Source of the DNA: Flaccisagitta enflata
Taxonomy: Eukaryota
Length of the DNA: 64,000 nt
Reading direction: 5' to 3'
Assembly: GCA_965153355.1 (NCBI GenBank)
Contig: OZ231126.1
Location: forward strand, 17,794,001 to 17,858,000
In this document: piece after piece, positions 12,691-26,149 of the stretch
Layout: each line of letters starts with the position of its first letter
Position numbering within the stretch: the first letter of the stretch is position 1
The notes under the pieces: model-generated
Databases searched by the model: none
What the model was told of the DNA's origin: nothing
The model's input: only the letters and a program-made list of their open reading frames with translations
Program-made: the position numbers and the translations under genes

Positions 12691-13607
12691 CCTTTTTGTT
12701 GGGTAGGTATGTGTGTAACTTAGCCCCAGACATGATCTCAGACATGGCGGACGCATAGGAGAGGCGGTGTGCTGCCAAAAAGCCAAAATTGACATTGTGC
12801 GTTGCGGCTCAAAGGAGGCCTCTGCGTACCAAGTTAGCATGCCAAAATGATAAAAATACCTTTATATCATCATTGTATGTGTTGTCATGGTCGACCATGG
12901 GCACACGGCGTGACAGTGTCAACTTTTCTTTTTTTGTCTTTTAGCGATTTTGTCGCGGTTCGTCGCAATGACTCAACAAGACAGATAACATTTTTTTGTT
13001 GCTTCGAGGCATTAGTTTGTTTCCACGTGTGGCGATCGGTGGCGGTTTTGAAAAACGCGCGTATTTTTCTTTTTAAATTTGGGTTTGCTCTTAATTCGGT
13101 GTTAGTGAAATCATACAAAGGCGGTAAGGCCTCCATCCTATAACTCAATTGAACAAAAATATAGATTTCAGCATTGGTCTCACTATTGGAAGTACAGACT
13201 GACTTGAACAAGCAAGGATATGCTTTGACCGTTCAGCTGTGAATCTCATAATGTATGCATTCTTAGCTTTATAACTCATTCTTTTTTCATCTGTCCTCGA
13301 GTTGGAAAAAAACAACGAAGACAGATCAATAGACTGATGAGCGAACCGATGCAGGGGGCCTCGAAAAAGGGAAGAGAAAAAAAAATGATAGAAAAAAAAA
13401 CCAAAGAAACGGGTGGGTAGTTATAAAAAGAAACATAGAAACAAAAAACAACGCCGTATTCACTCCCCCAGTCACGGACGGGTGGGTAAGGGCAGTATAG
13501 AAAAAACCGCTTGCATTTCAAAAAAAGTTACCGCCCAATGGACCAACCAACTAACCAACGGACCAACATGATAAGGATCCACGGTTAAAAAAATGAAAAA
13601 ATAAAGG

Positions 13608-13987
13608 AACAAGGCCGGATTCACGGGCCAAGACAGTGCGCCGGGCGTTATTAATTCTTAGACCTATCCCTAGCTCCATCAGACCTATCCCTAGCTCCAT
13701 CAGACCTATCCCTAGCTCTATCAGACGAAGGAAAGAAAGAGAGAAGGAAAGAAAGAGAGAAGGAAAGATAGAGAGATGGAAAGGAAGAGAGACGGGAAGG
13801 AAGAGAGACGGGACGGAAGAAAGAAAGAATGAAACGGGGAAAGCGAGAGAGGAAGAGCAGGAGCAGCAAGGCCAAAAATCCCATAAACACAAACGCCCAA
13901 AAGGAAAACCGACAGACGGACAGACTGACGGGCTGATGGATGGACCGATAGAGCGGGGTGTAAAGTCGCGTAGCACCCGACTAAAAA
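13608..13987 (-). mobile_element. Chimeric HINE-like element with three 21-bp repeats and purine-rich filler; a degenerate copy lies just to the left (~13447-13590)
   Basis: AACAAGGCCGGATTCACGG, (AGACCTATCCCTAGCTCCATC)x3, GCAGGAGCAGCAAGGCCAAAAATCCCAT, then AGTCGCGTAGCACCCGACTAAAAA. Confidence 0.7.
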
Positions 13988-14461
13988 CGAAAAAGTATCG
14001 GTTGTTGTTGTTGTTAACCGGAGAAGTAACGGTCGAAGAAAATAAGAGAAATGATAAGAAAATCAGGAAGAAGCCAAAATGAAAGTAAAGATGAAGGTTT
14101 TTGGACCAATACGCGCAGCACATCTCGCAAATGACCATTTCTAGCGCGATTTTGGCGAGCACCTTATCCGCCATGTGATCATTAAAACAGTTAGCATATT
14201 GTACTTGAGAATGAATCTAAAAACTTTTATAATTGAGAAAACATAACCTATAAGTCGGGTTTCAGATACTTTTTTTTGATATTTGAAAGAAAAAAAATGA
14301 TGTAAAAAATTCCAAGCTGATTTTGATTTCAGGATGTTAAGAAACATTTTGCCTTCAATAATAGCATCATGAAAGTTTTTCTTTGAACCGATAATGCTGA
14401 ATTTGAACATTGGAGGTGGGTGGGATGCAGGACAACATCCCGCTGGTGAGATGAATCAACG

Positions 14462-17400
14462 GGCTTAGGTGGTTGAGGTGGCCTGGGTGAAATATGCTTC
14501 GTCGTTGCTCGTTTTCTACCACTGTGCAGCTGTTTAGGGTGGTTTGAGGTGGTTGAGGTGGCCTGGGTGAAATAAATAGCCAAATCGTTGCTAAATATGT
14601 AACTATAATAACATGTAGCTGATTTGGATGGGTTTTGGGGTGAGTTGGGGTGGCCTGGGTGAAATAGCAACTTGATGATTGCTGATGCTTCTACTATTAT
14701 GTAGCTGATTTGGGTAGTTTTAGGTGGTTGAGGTGGTGTGCAGGTGAAGTATGTACGTCGTTGCTCGTAATACTGCTATAGCAGCTGATTTGGGTGGTTT
14801 TGGGCGTTTAGGGTGGCCTAGGTGAGAAATATGTAAATCGTTGCTCGATAACTACCAGTGTGAAGCTGATTTGGGTGGTTTTAGGTAGTTGAGATGGCCT
14901 GGGTGAAATATGCTTAAGTCGTTGCTCGATAACTACCACTGTGTAGTAGCTGATTTGGGTGGTTTAAATTCAGATGGGTATACCAGGTGAAATGCTGCTT
15001 GATGGTGCTAGAAGATAACTACTCTGTAGCTGTTTGGGGTGGTTTTAGGTGGTTGAGGTGGCCTGGGTGAAATATGTTAGTGTTAACAAATCTTTACCAC
15101 TGTGTTAGCTGATTTGGGTAGTTTGAGGTGGTTGAGGTGGCCTGGGTGAAATATGCAAAGTCGTTTATAGATAACCTTTACCACTGTGTAGCTGATTTAG
15201 GTGGTTTTAGGTGGTTGAGGTGGCCTGGTAAAAATATGCTCGGTCGTTGCTCGATAACTACCACTGTGTAGCTGATTTGGGTGGTTTTAGGTGGTTGAGG
15301 TGGCCTGGGTGAAATATGCTTCGTCGTTGCTCGATAACTACCACTGTGTAGCTGATTTGGGTGGTTTTAGGTGATTGAGGTGACCTATGAGGTGAAATGT
15401 GTTAAAATCGTTGTGATAACTTCTGCTGTGCTTAGCTGATTTGGGTAGTTTTGGGTGGATTTTGAAAGGGTGGCTGCTGTTGAGAGTAGCTAGCACCGTC
15501 GTTGCTCGATAACTACCACTGTGTGTTCGGCTGATTTGGAGGTGGTTTAGGTGGTTGAGGGGTGGCCTGGGTGAGTATGCTTAAATGGGTGTACTCAAAT
15601 GTTTCACTGTGTGGCTGATTTGGGTGGTTTTAGGTGGTTGAGGTGGCCTGGGTGGCCTGCTGCCGTCGTTATCGATAACTGCCACTGTGTAGCTGATTTG
15701 GGTGGTTTTGGGTGAATTTGAGAGGTGGCCTGGGTGAAATAATATGATCGTTCCTATGCGATAACTACCACTGTGTAGCTGATTTGGGTGGTTTTAGGTG
15801 GTTGAGGTGGCCTGGGTGAAATATGCTTAGTTGTTGCTAAATAACTACTGCTGTGTAGCTGATTTGGGTGGTTTTAGGTGGTCCCGAGGTGGCCTGGGTG
15901 AAATATAGCCGTGCGTTGATATTTACCTGTGTGGCTGATTTGGGTGGTTTTAGGTGGTTGAGGTGGCCTGGAGATCGGAAGAGCCGTCGTTGCTCGATAT
16001 GCACTGCCTGTGTGCTTCTGATTTGGGTGGTTTTAGGTGGTTGAAGGTGGCCTGGAGTGAAATGTGTAATGGTGCTGATAACTACCACTGTGTAGCTGAT
16101 TTGGGTGGTTTTGGGAGGTGGTTTGAGAGTGGCCTGGGTGAAATATGTAAGTCATTTGCCTCGACATTTATTTCCTATGTAGCTGATTTGGTGGTTTTTT
16201 TAGGTAGTTCAGGTGGCCTGGTGAAATATGCTTGTGGGCCTGGGTAACTACCACTGTTGCAACAGTTTGGGTGGTTTTAGGTTGGGAGGTAGCTGGGTGA
16301 AATATGCTTCGTCGTTGCTAAATAACTACTTCCCCTAGCAGCTGATTTGGGTGGTTTTAGGTGGTTGAGGAGTGCGCCTGGGTGAAATATGTAAATGGGT
16401 TGCTGGAAATAACTACCCTGTGTGGCCTGGTTGGAGTGGTTTTAGGTGGTTGAGTGGCCTGGGTGAAATATGCTTCGTCGTTGCTCGATAACGCTACCAC
16501 TGTAACCAGCTGATTTGGGTGAATTTTTAGGTGGTTGAGTAGCCTGAGTGAAATAATGTGAGTAGATTTGCTTTCGATAACTACCACTGTGTGCTGATTT
16601 GGGTGGTTTTAGGTGGTTGAGTGGCCTGGGTGAAATATGTAAGTGAATTGCTCGATAACTACCACTGTGCTTCAGTTTGGGTGATTTAGGTGGTTGAAAG
16701 TGGCCATAAGGTGAAATATGCTTCGTGAATTTGCTCAAATATTCACTGTGTGAAAAGCTGATTAGGTGGTTTAGGTGGTTGGAGGTGGCCTGCAAATTGA
16801 AATATGCTTAAGTCGTTGCTAAATAACTACTGTGTGACCTAGTTTAGGTGGTTTGGGTGATTGATTAATGCTGGGCCAAACCATGCCATCGTTGCTAAAT
16901 ATTTACATGTGTGTAGCTGATTTGGGTAGTTTAGGTAAGTTGAGAGTGGCCCTGGGTGAAATATGCTTAAATGAATTTAACAAATAACTACTGTGGCTGA
17001 TTTAGGTGGTTTAGTGTGGATTCAGGGTGGCCTGGTTTTAATATGGCCATCAGTCGTTGCTCGATAACTACCACTGTGTGATCCCCAGGTGGTTTTAGAT
17101 GTTGTGATTGACATGGTGTGGGAAATATATCCAGTCGTTTATCAAATAACTACCATGTGTGGCTTGATTTGGGTGGTTTTACAGGTGGTCAGGTGGCCTG
17201 GGTGAGTAGCTGTCGTTTAACAAATATTCTACTGCTGTGTAGAACTGATTTTCCCAGGTGGTTTTAGGTAGTTGGGAGTGGCCTGGGTGAGAAGTATGTG
17301 CCGTAGATTTAACACGATATGCCCTACCACTGTGTGAAAGCGGTTGGAGTGGTTTTAGGTGGTTAGGGACACCAGAGTGAAGCCATGTGGGCCGTTGCGC

Positions 17401-20283
17401 CGATAACTACCACTGTGTAGCGAATTTGAGTGGTTTAGAGTGGTTGAGGTGGCCCTGGGTGATATGTAGCCGTCGTTGCTAATGCTTTACCTGAGCAACT
17501 GATTTGGGTGGTTTAGAGTGGTGGAGTGGCCTGGGTGAAATATACTTAGTCGTTGTCGATAACTACCACTGTGTGCAGCAACCTGATTTGGGTGGTTTTT
17601 AGTGGTTGAGGTGCTGGGTGAAATATGTACATGGTGCCTCAAATCTTTATGCACTGTGTAGCTGATTTGGGTGGTTTAGGTGGTTGAGGTGGCCTGGGTG
17701 AAATATGTTTAGTAGTTGCTCGATAACTACCACTGTGTGGCTGATTTGGGTGGTTTTAGGTGGTTGGGGTGTGCTGGGTGAAATATGCTTCGTCGTTGCC
17801 CGATAACTACTGCTGTGTGGCTGATTTGGGTGGTTTTTAGGTGGTTGAGGTGGCCTGGGTGAAATAATAGCTTCGTCGTTAACAAATAGCACTACCACTG
17901 TGTAGCTGATTTAGGTGATTTTAGGTGGTTGAGGTGGCCTAGGTGAAATATGCTTAAATAAATTTAACTCAAATAACCTACCACCACTGTGTGTGATTTG
18001 GGTGGTTTAGGTGGTTGAGGTGGCCTGGGTGAAATATATATATCGTAATTGCTAGATAACTACCACTGTGTGGCTGATTGGTGGTTTTAGGTGAATTTGA
18101 GTGACACCTCAGGTGAAATATGCTTATCGTTGTAACTCGATATTCTTTACTATTGAAAACTGGTTTGGTTTTGAGTGGTTAGAAGGAGGTGGCCCATGGG
18201 TGATATGCTTAAATGGGTACTCGATAACTCTGCATGCAGCTGATTTGGGTAGTTTTAGGTGGTCGAGGTGGCCTGGGTAAAAATGCTTCGTCGTTGCTTG
18301 ATAACTACCACTGTGTAGCTGATTTGGGTGGTTTTTAGGTGGTTGAGGTGGCCTGGGTGAAATATGCTTCGTACGTTTAACAAATAACTACCTACTGTGT
18401 GTGATTTAGGTAGTTTAGGTAGTTTCAAGGAGTGGCCTGGGTGAAATAGCCGATCGTTGCTAAATAACTACCACCACTGTCATGTGGCCTGATTTGGAGT
18501 GGTTTAGGTGGTTAGGGGTGGCCTGGGTGATGTGCTTAAATGGGTTAACAAATATTCTGCACTGTGTGAGCGATTGGGTGGTTTTGGGTGGTTGAGTAGC
18601 CTGGGTGAAATAATAATAAATGGTTAACTTTCAAATAACTACCTGTGTAGCTGATTTTGGTGGTTTTAGGTGGTTGAGGTGGCCTGGGTGAGATATGTTT
18701 CGTCGTTGCTCAATAACTACCACGTGTAGCTGATTTGGGTGGTTTTAGGTGGTTGAGGGTGGCCTGGGTGAAATATGCTTCGTCGTTGGGCACAAATAAC
18801 TACTGCTGTGTGGCCCCCTGATTTAGGTGGTTTTACCCCAGGTGGTTGAGAGGTGGCCTGGGTGAAATAATGGCAAATAGATTTTAACAAATGTGCCATG
18901 TGTAGCTGATTTGGGTGGTTTTAGGTGGTTGAGGTGGCCTACTGGGTGAAATATGTGCGTCGTTGCTGCGATAACTACCACTGTGTAGCTAATTTAGGTG
19001 GTTTTAGGTGGTTGAGGTAGCCTGGGTTGAGGAAATATGTACTTCATCGTTGCTCAAATAATTTCTACACTGTGTAGCAGCTGATTTGGGTAGTTTTATG
19101 GAGGTGGTTGAGGGTGGCCTGTTGAAATATGCTTCGTGAATTTGCTAAATACTTCACACTGTGTTTAGCTGATTTGGGTGGTTTTAGGGTGATTCTTGGG
19201 TGGCCTGGGTGAAATATGCTTCGTGGGTGCTCGATAACTACCACTGTGTATTTGGGTGGTTTAGAGGTGGACTTTGAGGTGGCTCGGTGAAATATGCTTA
19301 GAAAATGGTTGCTCGATACACACTGCGACTGATTCGCAGTGAGAATCCCTGGAAGCAAATCCATCATCAAATGGATATCCCTTGATTTAGAGCTTACATA
19401 TAAAAATTAATGAGTCATAGCGATAAAGCAACTTAAAAGCTAAAATCGATAGATTTCAACTCAAGGATTTTCATTCCAAAGAAATGCTACTTCGCGATTT
19501 ACAATTAAACAAAGTAAGTGTGGATAACTACCACTGTGTTGCGCTGATTTGGGTGGTTTAGGTGGTTGAGGTGGCCTGGGTGAAATAGCCCACGTCGTTG
19601 CTCGATAACTGCTGCACTGTGCAGCTGATTTGGAGGTGGTTTTAGGTGGTTGAGGAGGTGTGGGTGAATATGGCAAATGCGTTGCTGGAAGTAACTACCA
19701 CTGTGTAGCTGATTTGGGTGGTTTTAGGTGGTTGAGGTGGCCTGGGTGAAATACTTAGAAATGGGTAGCACCAGTAACTACCACTCTGTGTAGCTGATTT
19801 GGGTGGTTTTCGGTGGTTGAGGTGGCCTGGGTGAAATATGCTTAATGTTGCTGGAAATAACTACCACCTGTGTGTAGCTGATTCAGGTGGTTTCCAGGTG
19901 GTTGAGGTGGCTAGGTCAGAGCCATGCTTGATAGTTTAACGATAACTACCACTGTGTAGCTGATGTGGGTGGTTTTTAGGTGGTTGAGGTGGCCTGGGTG
20001 AGAGGCAGCAACAGTCGTTGTCGATAACCCTACCACTGTGTAGCTGATTTGGGTGGTTTTGGGGGGTAGTTACAGGAGTGGCCTGGGTGAAATATGTGTA
20101 AATTGCTAAATAACTACTACTGTGTGTGATTTGGGTGGTTTTAGGTGATTTAGGTGGCCTGGTGAAATATAACTAAATGTTATCAAATAACTACCACTGT
20201 GTAGCTGATTTGGGTAGTTTTAGGTGGTTGAGGTGGCCTGGGTGAAATATGTACAAATCATTTGCTCATTAACTTCCACTGTG
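14462..20283. repeat. 80-bp satellite array, roughly 70 copies
   Basis: Consensus GTAGCTGATTTGGGTGGTTTTAGGTGGTTGAGGTGGCCTGGGTGAAATATGCTTCGTCGTTGCTCGATAACTACCACTGT; TCGATAACTA recurs at 15251 and 15331. Confidence 0.97.
19319..19522. mobile_element. 204-bp insertion in the satellite with CACACT...AGTGTG ends and GATA TSD
   Basis: The satellite word CTCGATAACTACC is split as CTCGATA[insert]GATAACTACC. Confidence 0.6.
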
Positions 20284-20623
20284 GGGGGAGTTTAAAATGC
20301 ATAAAAGAAAGAAAGAAATGAGAAATTAAATAACGAAATCGAAAGTCCCGGCCAACATAAAATGAATGCTGATGATTTGATTGACGGTTAAGGTTGACTT
20401 TACTAAAGACATTTGTGAGATGCCTTCTAGCTTCCGCAATGCCGGATACGAGCCCTCTATTCCTCGCTTGAGTTTCTGAAAAAGAAAGAATGAAAGAAAA
20501 AAAGAAATGCAGGGAGCAAGAAAGGAAGAAGGAAAGAATGAAATTAATTTACAAAGAAAGCAAGAATTAGAAAGTGAGTGGAAAGTTTGGCACCTGTAGA
20601 ATCAGGGGAGTGCTCCGTCAGAA

Positions 20624-20667
<44 letters not shown>

Positions 20668-20849
20668 AAAAACGAATAGAACATTCGGGATTCTGCAATT
20701 TTATGATGAAGATGCTGGTACTAGCAATCACCAACCAACGAGCATTAACCAGATTTTACATTATTTAGAAGATATACTATCAATTTTTCGGGTTCATATA
20801 TGCTTTATTGATACCAAAACCACAGAAAACTAATATCAATAAATAAACA

Positions 20850-21215
<366 letters not shown>

Positions 21216-21689
21216 TTTGTCAAAAAAATGGAAATTGGGCTTATCTTCCAAGACAAAAGTTCGTTTTTCAAAAAGCGGGAAAAGGGTCAGTGTCATTTCG
21301 AAACAGGAAAGGGCCATACTTTGCCCGCTTCACAGAAAAGCACTTTTTTTCTCATCGACAGATGAAATAGATCGGCGAAGTATCCTTTCTACCTTGCAAG
21401 GACCTTGCAAGACTTACATCAGACCACATCACGCCCTTGAGCAACCTGGTCTATTTAGATTCTTAGGGAAAATACGAAATCCGTCCATGGGAAACCTCCC
21501 GATTAGCTCGTTTAACCCCCTATTTGTTTTTTCCCTTTCCACTTGTGCCACGAATCGTTATCTCAGATTTCGGCCTCGGTCAGAACCCTTGATTGGCCTC
21601 GTAGCCACCGATGTCGATCGCATAAACAAACCCCTTCATTTCATGATTCTTGGTTCGCCGACTTTCACAAAGCGATGTTTTGAATAGTA

Positions 21690-22448
21690 CACCGTCTTTA
21701 AATCGAATTGATAAATGTTAAACCTTTATAAATCCTAAACTACTTGGCAAAAAGTCTTTAAACTTTCAGAGAATGTTAGTGATATACTGCAGTTTTGTTA
21801 TACAAAACCTCAAATTGGAGTATTAGATAGTTGAGGATTGGCAAAACATCAAATAAAATTCACTTTGAAGCAGTGGCAACTTTTCCACATTTTCTTCCAA
21901 GAAAATGCTTTTTTTATTTGCATGCCATTCCTAAAGAAAAAAAGCTATAGCCCCGGGGAAGGTCTCAAATAGCAGAAAATTTATGATAGATTTCAGTTCT
22001 GCCAAAAAATTGAGAAAATTTTGATATTTCATGCGGTAATGATTGATTTGAGAAAAAATTCTGCTGTCATGCAGACTTCAAATTCTGGAAAATTGATCAA
22101 AATCTTTATAAATGTAAAAAATGGTCAAAAATTTTGCTCAAATCAAAAAATATGATTTTTTTTTTCACTTAAGACCAGCCTCAGGGTTCTAGCTCAATAT
22201 ATTTTGAAATAGTAAGCATATAATAACAACTTCTTTCAAAGAACCCTATGATATAAGTGATTTTGCCCCTAAAAATCCATTTTTTCCAATAATTTACTGA
22301 TCCTCACCTTTCTATGACCAAAAATTGAAGTTTTGCTTAACAAAACCGCAGTATATTACCAACATTCTCTGAAAATTTGAAGACTTTTTGCCTAATAGTT
22401 TAGGAGTTATGAAGGTTTAACATTTATCAATTCGATTTAAAGACGGTG
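21690..22448. mobile_element. Tc1/mariner-type MITE, ~100 bp TIRs, TA TSD
   Basis: CACCGTCTTTAAATCGAATTGATAAATGTTAAACCTT and AAGGTTTAACATTTATCAATTCGATTTAAAGACGGTG; TA on both sides. Confidence 0.9.
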
Positions 22449-23013
22449 TAAGAAGTACCACATGTCGAAGTATCATTTTTGTTTCTTTCCAGTTAGAGTA
22501 GAACGCATGCGGCTCTCTCATCCAGCACTTCGGTCTGTACGTCATACAGTATGTACTTCTTTTAGTATGGTAGAGTGGGACCAAAACTGGGATAACTGGG
22601 GAAATCAAAAGTCAAATACGTAACATTAATCTTGTTTTATTCACTTTTCAGATGATGCACACTAAGTTCCCCGCGTTTCATGTTAAAAAGATGGCACGAA
22701 ATCGATGTAAGACAAGCAGATCCATCAATTTTGTCGCGTGTTACGAAAGTCATCGATTTTTTGCAAGTTCAAAGTTCCTAAACGCCCACTCAGGAGGTCT
22801 ATCTGCAACAACTCAAGAACCTTCTACAGCAAATGGGGATAAGACAACAAAAGAGAAAAAAACCTATGTCGACCCACGCCGTGCCTCGTAGAGTGTGGTT
22901 CATATATGCGCCAACGTACCCATACATGTATATGAGGCTCTGGTCGATCAGTTGGTGTGTCTTGTTACGTTGATAAACCCTTTTACCGTTTCGGTTTTAC
23001 TAGATGACATAAT

Positions 23014-23066
<53 letters not shown>

Positions 23067-23340
23067 CTAGTATTTATTTTGAACATGTACGTATTTCTAT
23101 TTATTCTGAACGTACAATCATTTATACAGCTCTGTAACAATTTTATTGTTCGTGTGTTGAATACACAAATAGAGCATTGGCAATCCAATCCAATCCAATC
23201 TCAGTCTGTCAGTCCGCCTGTCAATCGGTCACACTGGAGTTAATGCGAATCTCACCAATAGGTCTTTTAATTGCATTCCTCTACACGGTGCAAACACTGC
23301 GATGAACGGATACATTGATTCAAAACGGTTTGTTGACTTT

Positions 23341-23538
23341 TTTTATTCGCGTGCACGCGACTCTACAACCTGCTTTGTCCGTTGGTCGGTCGGTTAGTTG
23401 GTCGGTTGGTCGGTCGGTTGGTCATGTTTTACTTTTTTTATGATTTTTTTTTTACCCCACTGCTCCAGCCTAAATGGTCTCAAATACGGCCCCTCCCCAC
23501 CCGCACGCGACTTCGGTAGCCGTGTATCCGGCCTTGTT
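23341..23538 (+). mobile_element. HINE-like element
   Basis: TCGCGTGCACGCGACTCTACAACC...(GGTC/GGTT)n...GCACGCGACTTCGGTAGCCGTGTATCCGGCCTTGTT. Confidence 0.8.
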
Positions 23539-25484
23539 TTTAGTCGCGTGCACGCGACTCTACAACCCGCTCCGTTGGTCCGTCCGTCGGTCGGTCCGTC
23601 CGTCGGTCCGTCAGTAACACTTTGCTTTTTTGCGTCTTTTTGGGTCGTCTGGAGTTATTTTGAGTCATTTTTTTGTTGTTTTTGGGAATTATTGGTTGCT
23701 TTTAGTCATTTTTGGTCATTTTTGGTCATTTTTGGTCATTTTGGCCATTTTGGTCATTTTGGTCATATTGGTCATTTTGGTCAATTTTGGTCATTTTTGG
23801 TCATATTTCATCATTTTTGATCGTTTTTGATCATTTTTTGATCATTTTTGATCATTTTTGGTCATTTTTGGTCATTTTTGGTCATTTTTGGTCATTTTTG
23901 GTCATTTTTGGTCATTTTGATCATTTTGGTCATTTTTGAATATTTTTGGTCATTTTTGGTCATTTGTGGTCAAATTGGTCCTTTTGATCATTTTTGGTCA
24001 TTTTTGGTCATTTTTGGTCATTTTGGTCATTTTTGGTCATTTTGATCATTTTGATCAGTTTAGGTCATTTTTGATCATTTTTGGTCATTTTGGTCCTTTT
24101 GATTATTTTTGGTCATTTTTGGTCATTTTTGGTCATTTTTGGTCATTTTTGGTCATTTTTGTAATTTTTGGTCCTTTCGATCATTTTTGGTCATTTTTGG
24201 TCATTTTTGGTCATTTTTGTCATTTTTGGTCATTTTGGTCATTTTGATCATTTTTGGTCAATTTGGTCCTTTTGATCATTTTTGGTCATTTTTGGTCATT
24301 TTTGGTCATTTTTTGTCATTTTCGGTCATTTTGGTCATTTTGGTCATTTTTGGTCATTTTGGTCATTTTTGGTCATTTTTTGTCATTTTGGTCATTTTTG
24401 GTTAAAGTCTGCTGGTTAAAGTCTGCTGGTTGAAGTCTGCTGGTTAAAGTCTGCTGGTTAAAGTCTGCTGGTTAAAGTCTGCTGGTTAAAGTCTGCTGGT
24501 TAAAGTCTGCTGGTTAAAGTCTGCTGGTTAAAGTCTGCTGGTTAAAGTCTGCTGGTTAAAGTCTGCTGGGTAAAGTCTGATGGTTAAAGTCTGCTGGTTT
24601 AAATCTGCTGGTTTAAATCTGCTGGTTTAAGTCTGCTGGTTTAAATCTAATGGTTTAAGTCTGCTGGTCTAATGTTTTAAGTCTGCTGGTTTATGTCTGC
24701 TGGTTAAAATGATATTAAAGATAAGTATGGTTTAAGTCTGGTTTAAGTCTGGTTTAAGTCTGGTTTAAGTCTGGATTAAGTCTGGTTTAAGTCTGGTTTA
24801 TGTCTGGTTTAAGTCTGGTTTAAGTCTGGTTTACATCTGGTTTAAGTCTGGTTTAAGACTGGTTTAAGACTGGTTCATGTCTGATTTATGTCTGGTTTAG
24901 GTCTTGGTTAATTCTGGTTTAGGTCTTGTCTATGTCTGGTTTTTGTCTGGTTTATGTTTGATTTAGTTCTGATTTAGGTCTGGTTTTGGTCTGGTTTTGT
25001 GCTGGTTTTTGTGTGGTTTTATTCTGGTTTAAGTCTGGTTTGAGTCTGGTTTGAGTCTGGTTTCAGTCTGGTTTGAGGCTGGTTTGGGGCTGGTTTGAGG
25101 CTGGTTTGAGCCTGGTTTCAGTCTGGTTTAAGTCTGGTTTGAGTCTGGTTTGAGTCTGGTTTGAGTCTGGTTTGAGTCTGGTTTGAGTCTGGTTTGAGTC
25201 TGGTTTGAGTCTGGTTTGAGTCTGGCTTAAATCTGGTTTATGTCTGGTTTATGTCTGGTTTATGTCTGGTTTATGTCTGATTTAGGTCTGGTTTGAGTCT
25301 GGTTTGAGTCTGGTTTGAGTCTGGTTTGAGTCTGGTTTGAGTCTGGTTTGAGTCTGGTTTGAGTCTGGTTTGGGTCTGTTTTGGGTTGCGTTTAAGTCTG
25401 ATTTTCGATAAAAAGATACAATAAGGAGTCAGGTCAGTTCAGTTATTTTTGTCCTGCACGCGACTTATAGGTGTTGGCCTTGTT
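23539..25484 (+). mobile_element. Expanded HINE-like element carrying three consecutive tandem arrays
   Basis: 5' end AGTCGCGTGCACGCGACTCTACAACCCGC. Arrays: GGTCATTTT(T) (~23700-24400), TTAAAGTCTGCTGG (~24402-24705), TTT(A/G)AGTCTGG (~24730-25400). 3' end GCACGCGACTTATAGGTGTTGGCCTTGTT. Confidence 0.85.
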
Positions 25485-26149
25485 TTTTCTCAACGGCAAC
25501 TGGCAACTTTAGACCATCCTTTATCATTATGATCCCTTGTTCCGCGGCTCGGCGACCCTATTAGCTTAGGCTTAGAATTCTTTAAGTGGAGATAATGAAT
25601 GCCTAAAGGCTTTTACAAAATTCCCCCCATCTTAATGAAACGAGTCGCCAGTCATCGATCCGGCTGAAGATACCCAGTTGAGATGAAACCACTCGAAATT
25701 CGAAATTCATCTCGGAATGATAACCGTTAAAATGTCCGCTTAGTAATGCGAACCTAACCAAAGATTGATCAAGAGTACCAATTAGAATCCGCACTTGAAT
25801 CCAAAACCAAGTCAAGGAATTTCATGTAAGGACTCAAGAGAAGTGAGGCACCGCTGTTCTTGAAAATCCCTCTAGTCCCAGACACGCGACTCTATACGCT
25901 GCTGGGTTGGTCCGTCTGTCCATATATGGTTAAAGCGCGCGTATGATAGGCCGACGCGGCAGGCCGACAGCAGGCGTTCATATTATCTCGATAGTAAAGA
26001 TTGTCGAAAAATCGCGAAATGAATTATAGAATAAGAAAAGTGTCTCTTATCATCTTTTATTTATTTGGCATGGGAGACGCCATTTGGCGATGACAATTTG
26101 GGAGGCAAAGGCGCCATAAGCAACAGCTCAACGTCAGCAAAAGGCCATC

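Noticed and set aside
13990..14174. ATG-initiated hydrophobic ORF start (MADKVLAK...) as a signal-peptide exon
   Set aside because: No convincing splice donor or recognisable homology; the ORF runs into a repeat element.
14462..20283. CRISPR-like array (conserved blocks alternating with more variable stretches)
   Set aside because: The variable stretches are corrupted versions of one consensus, not unique spacers; there are no cas genes and the context is eukaryotic.
23630..24405. FGHFWSFLVI repeat ORFs
   Set aside because: Translation of the GGTCATTTT(T) array inside a mobile element.
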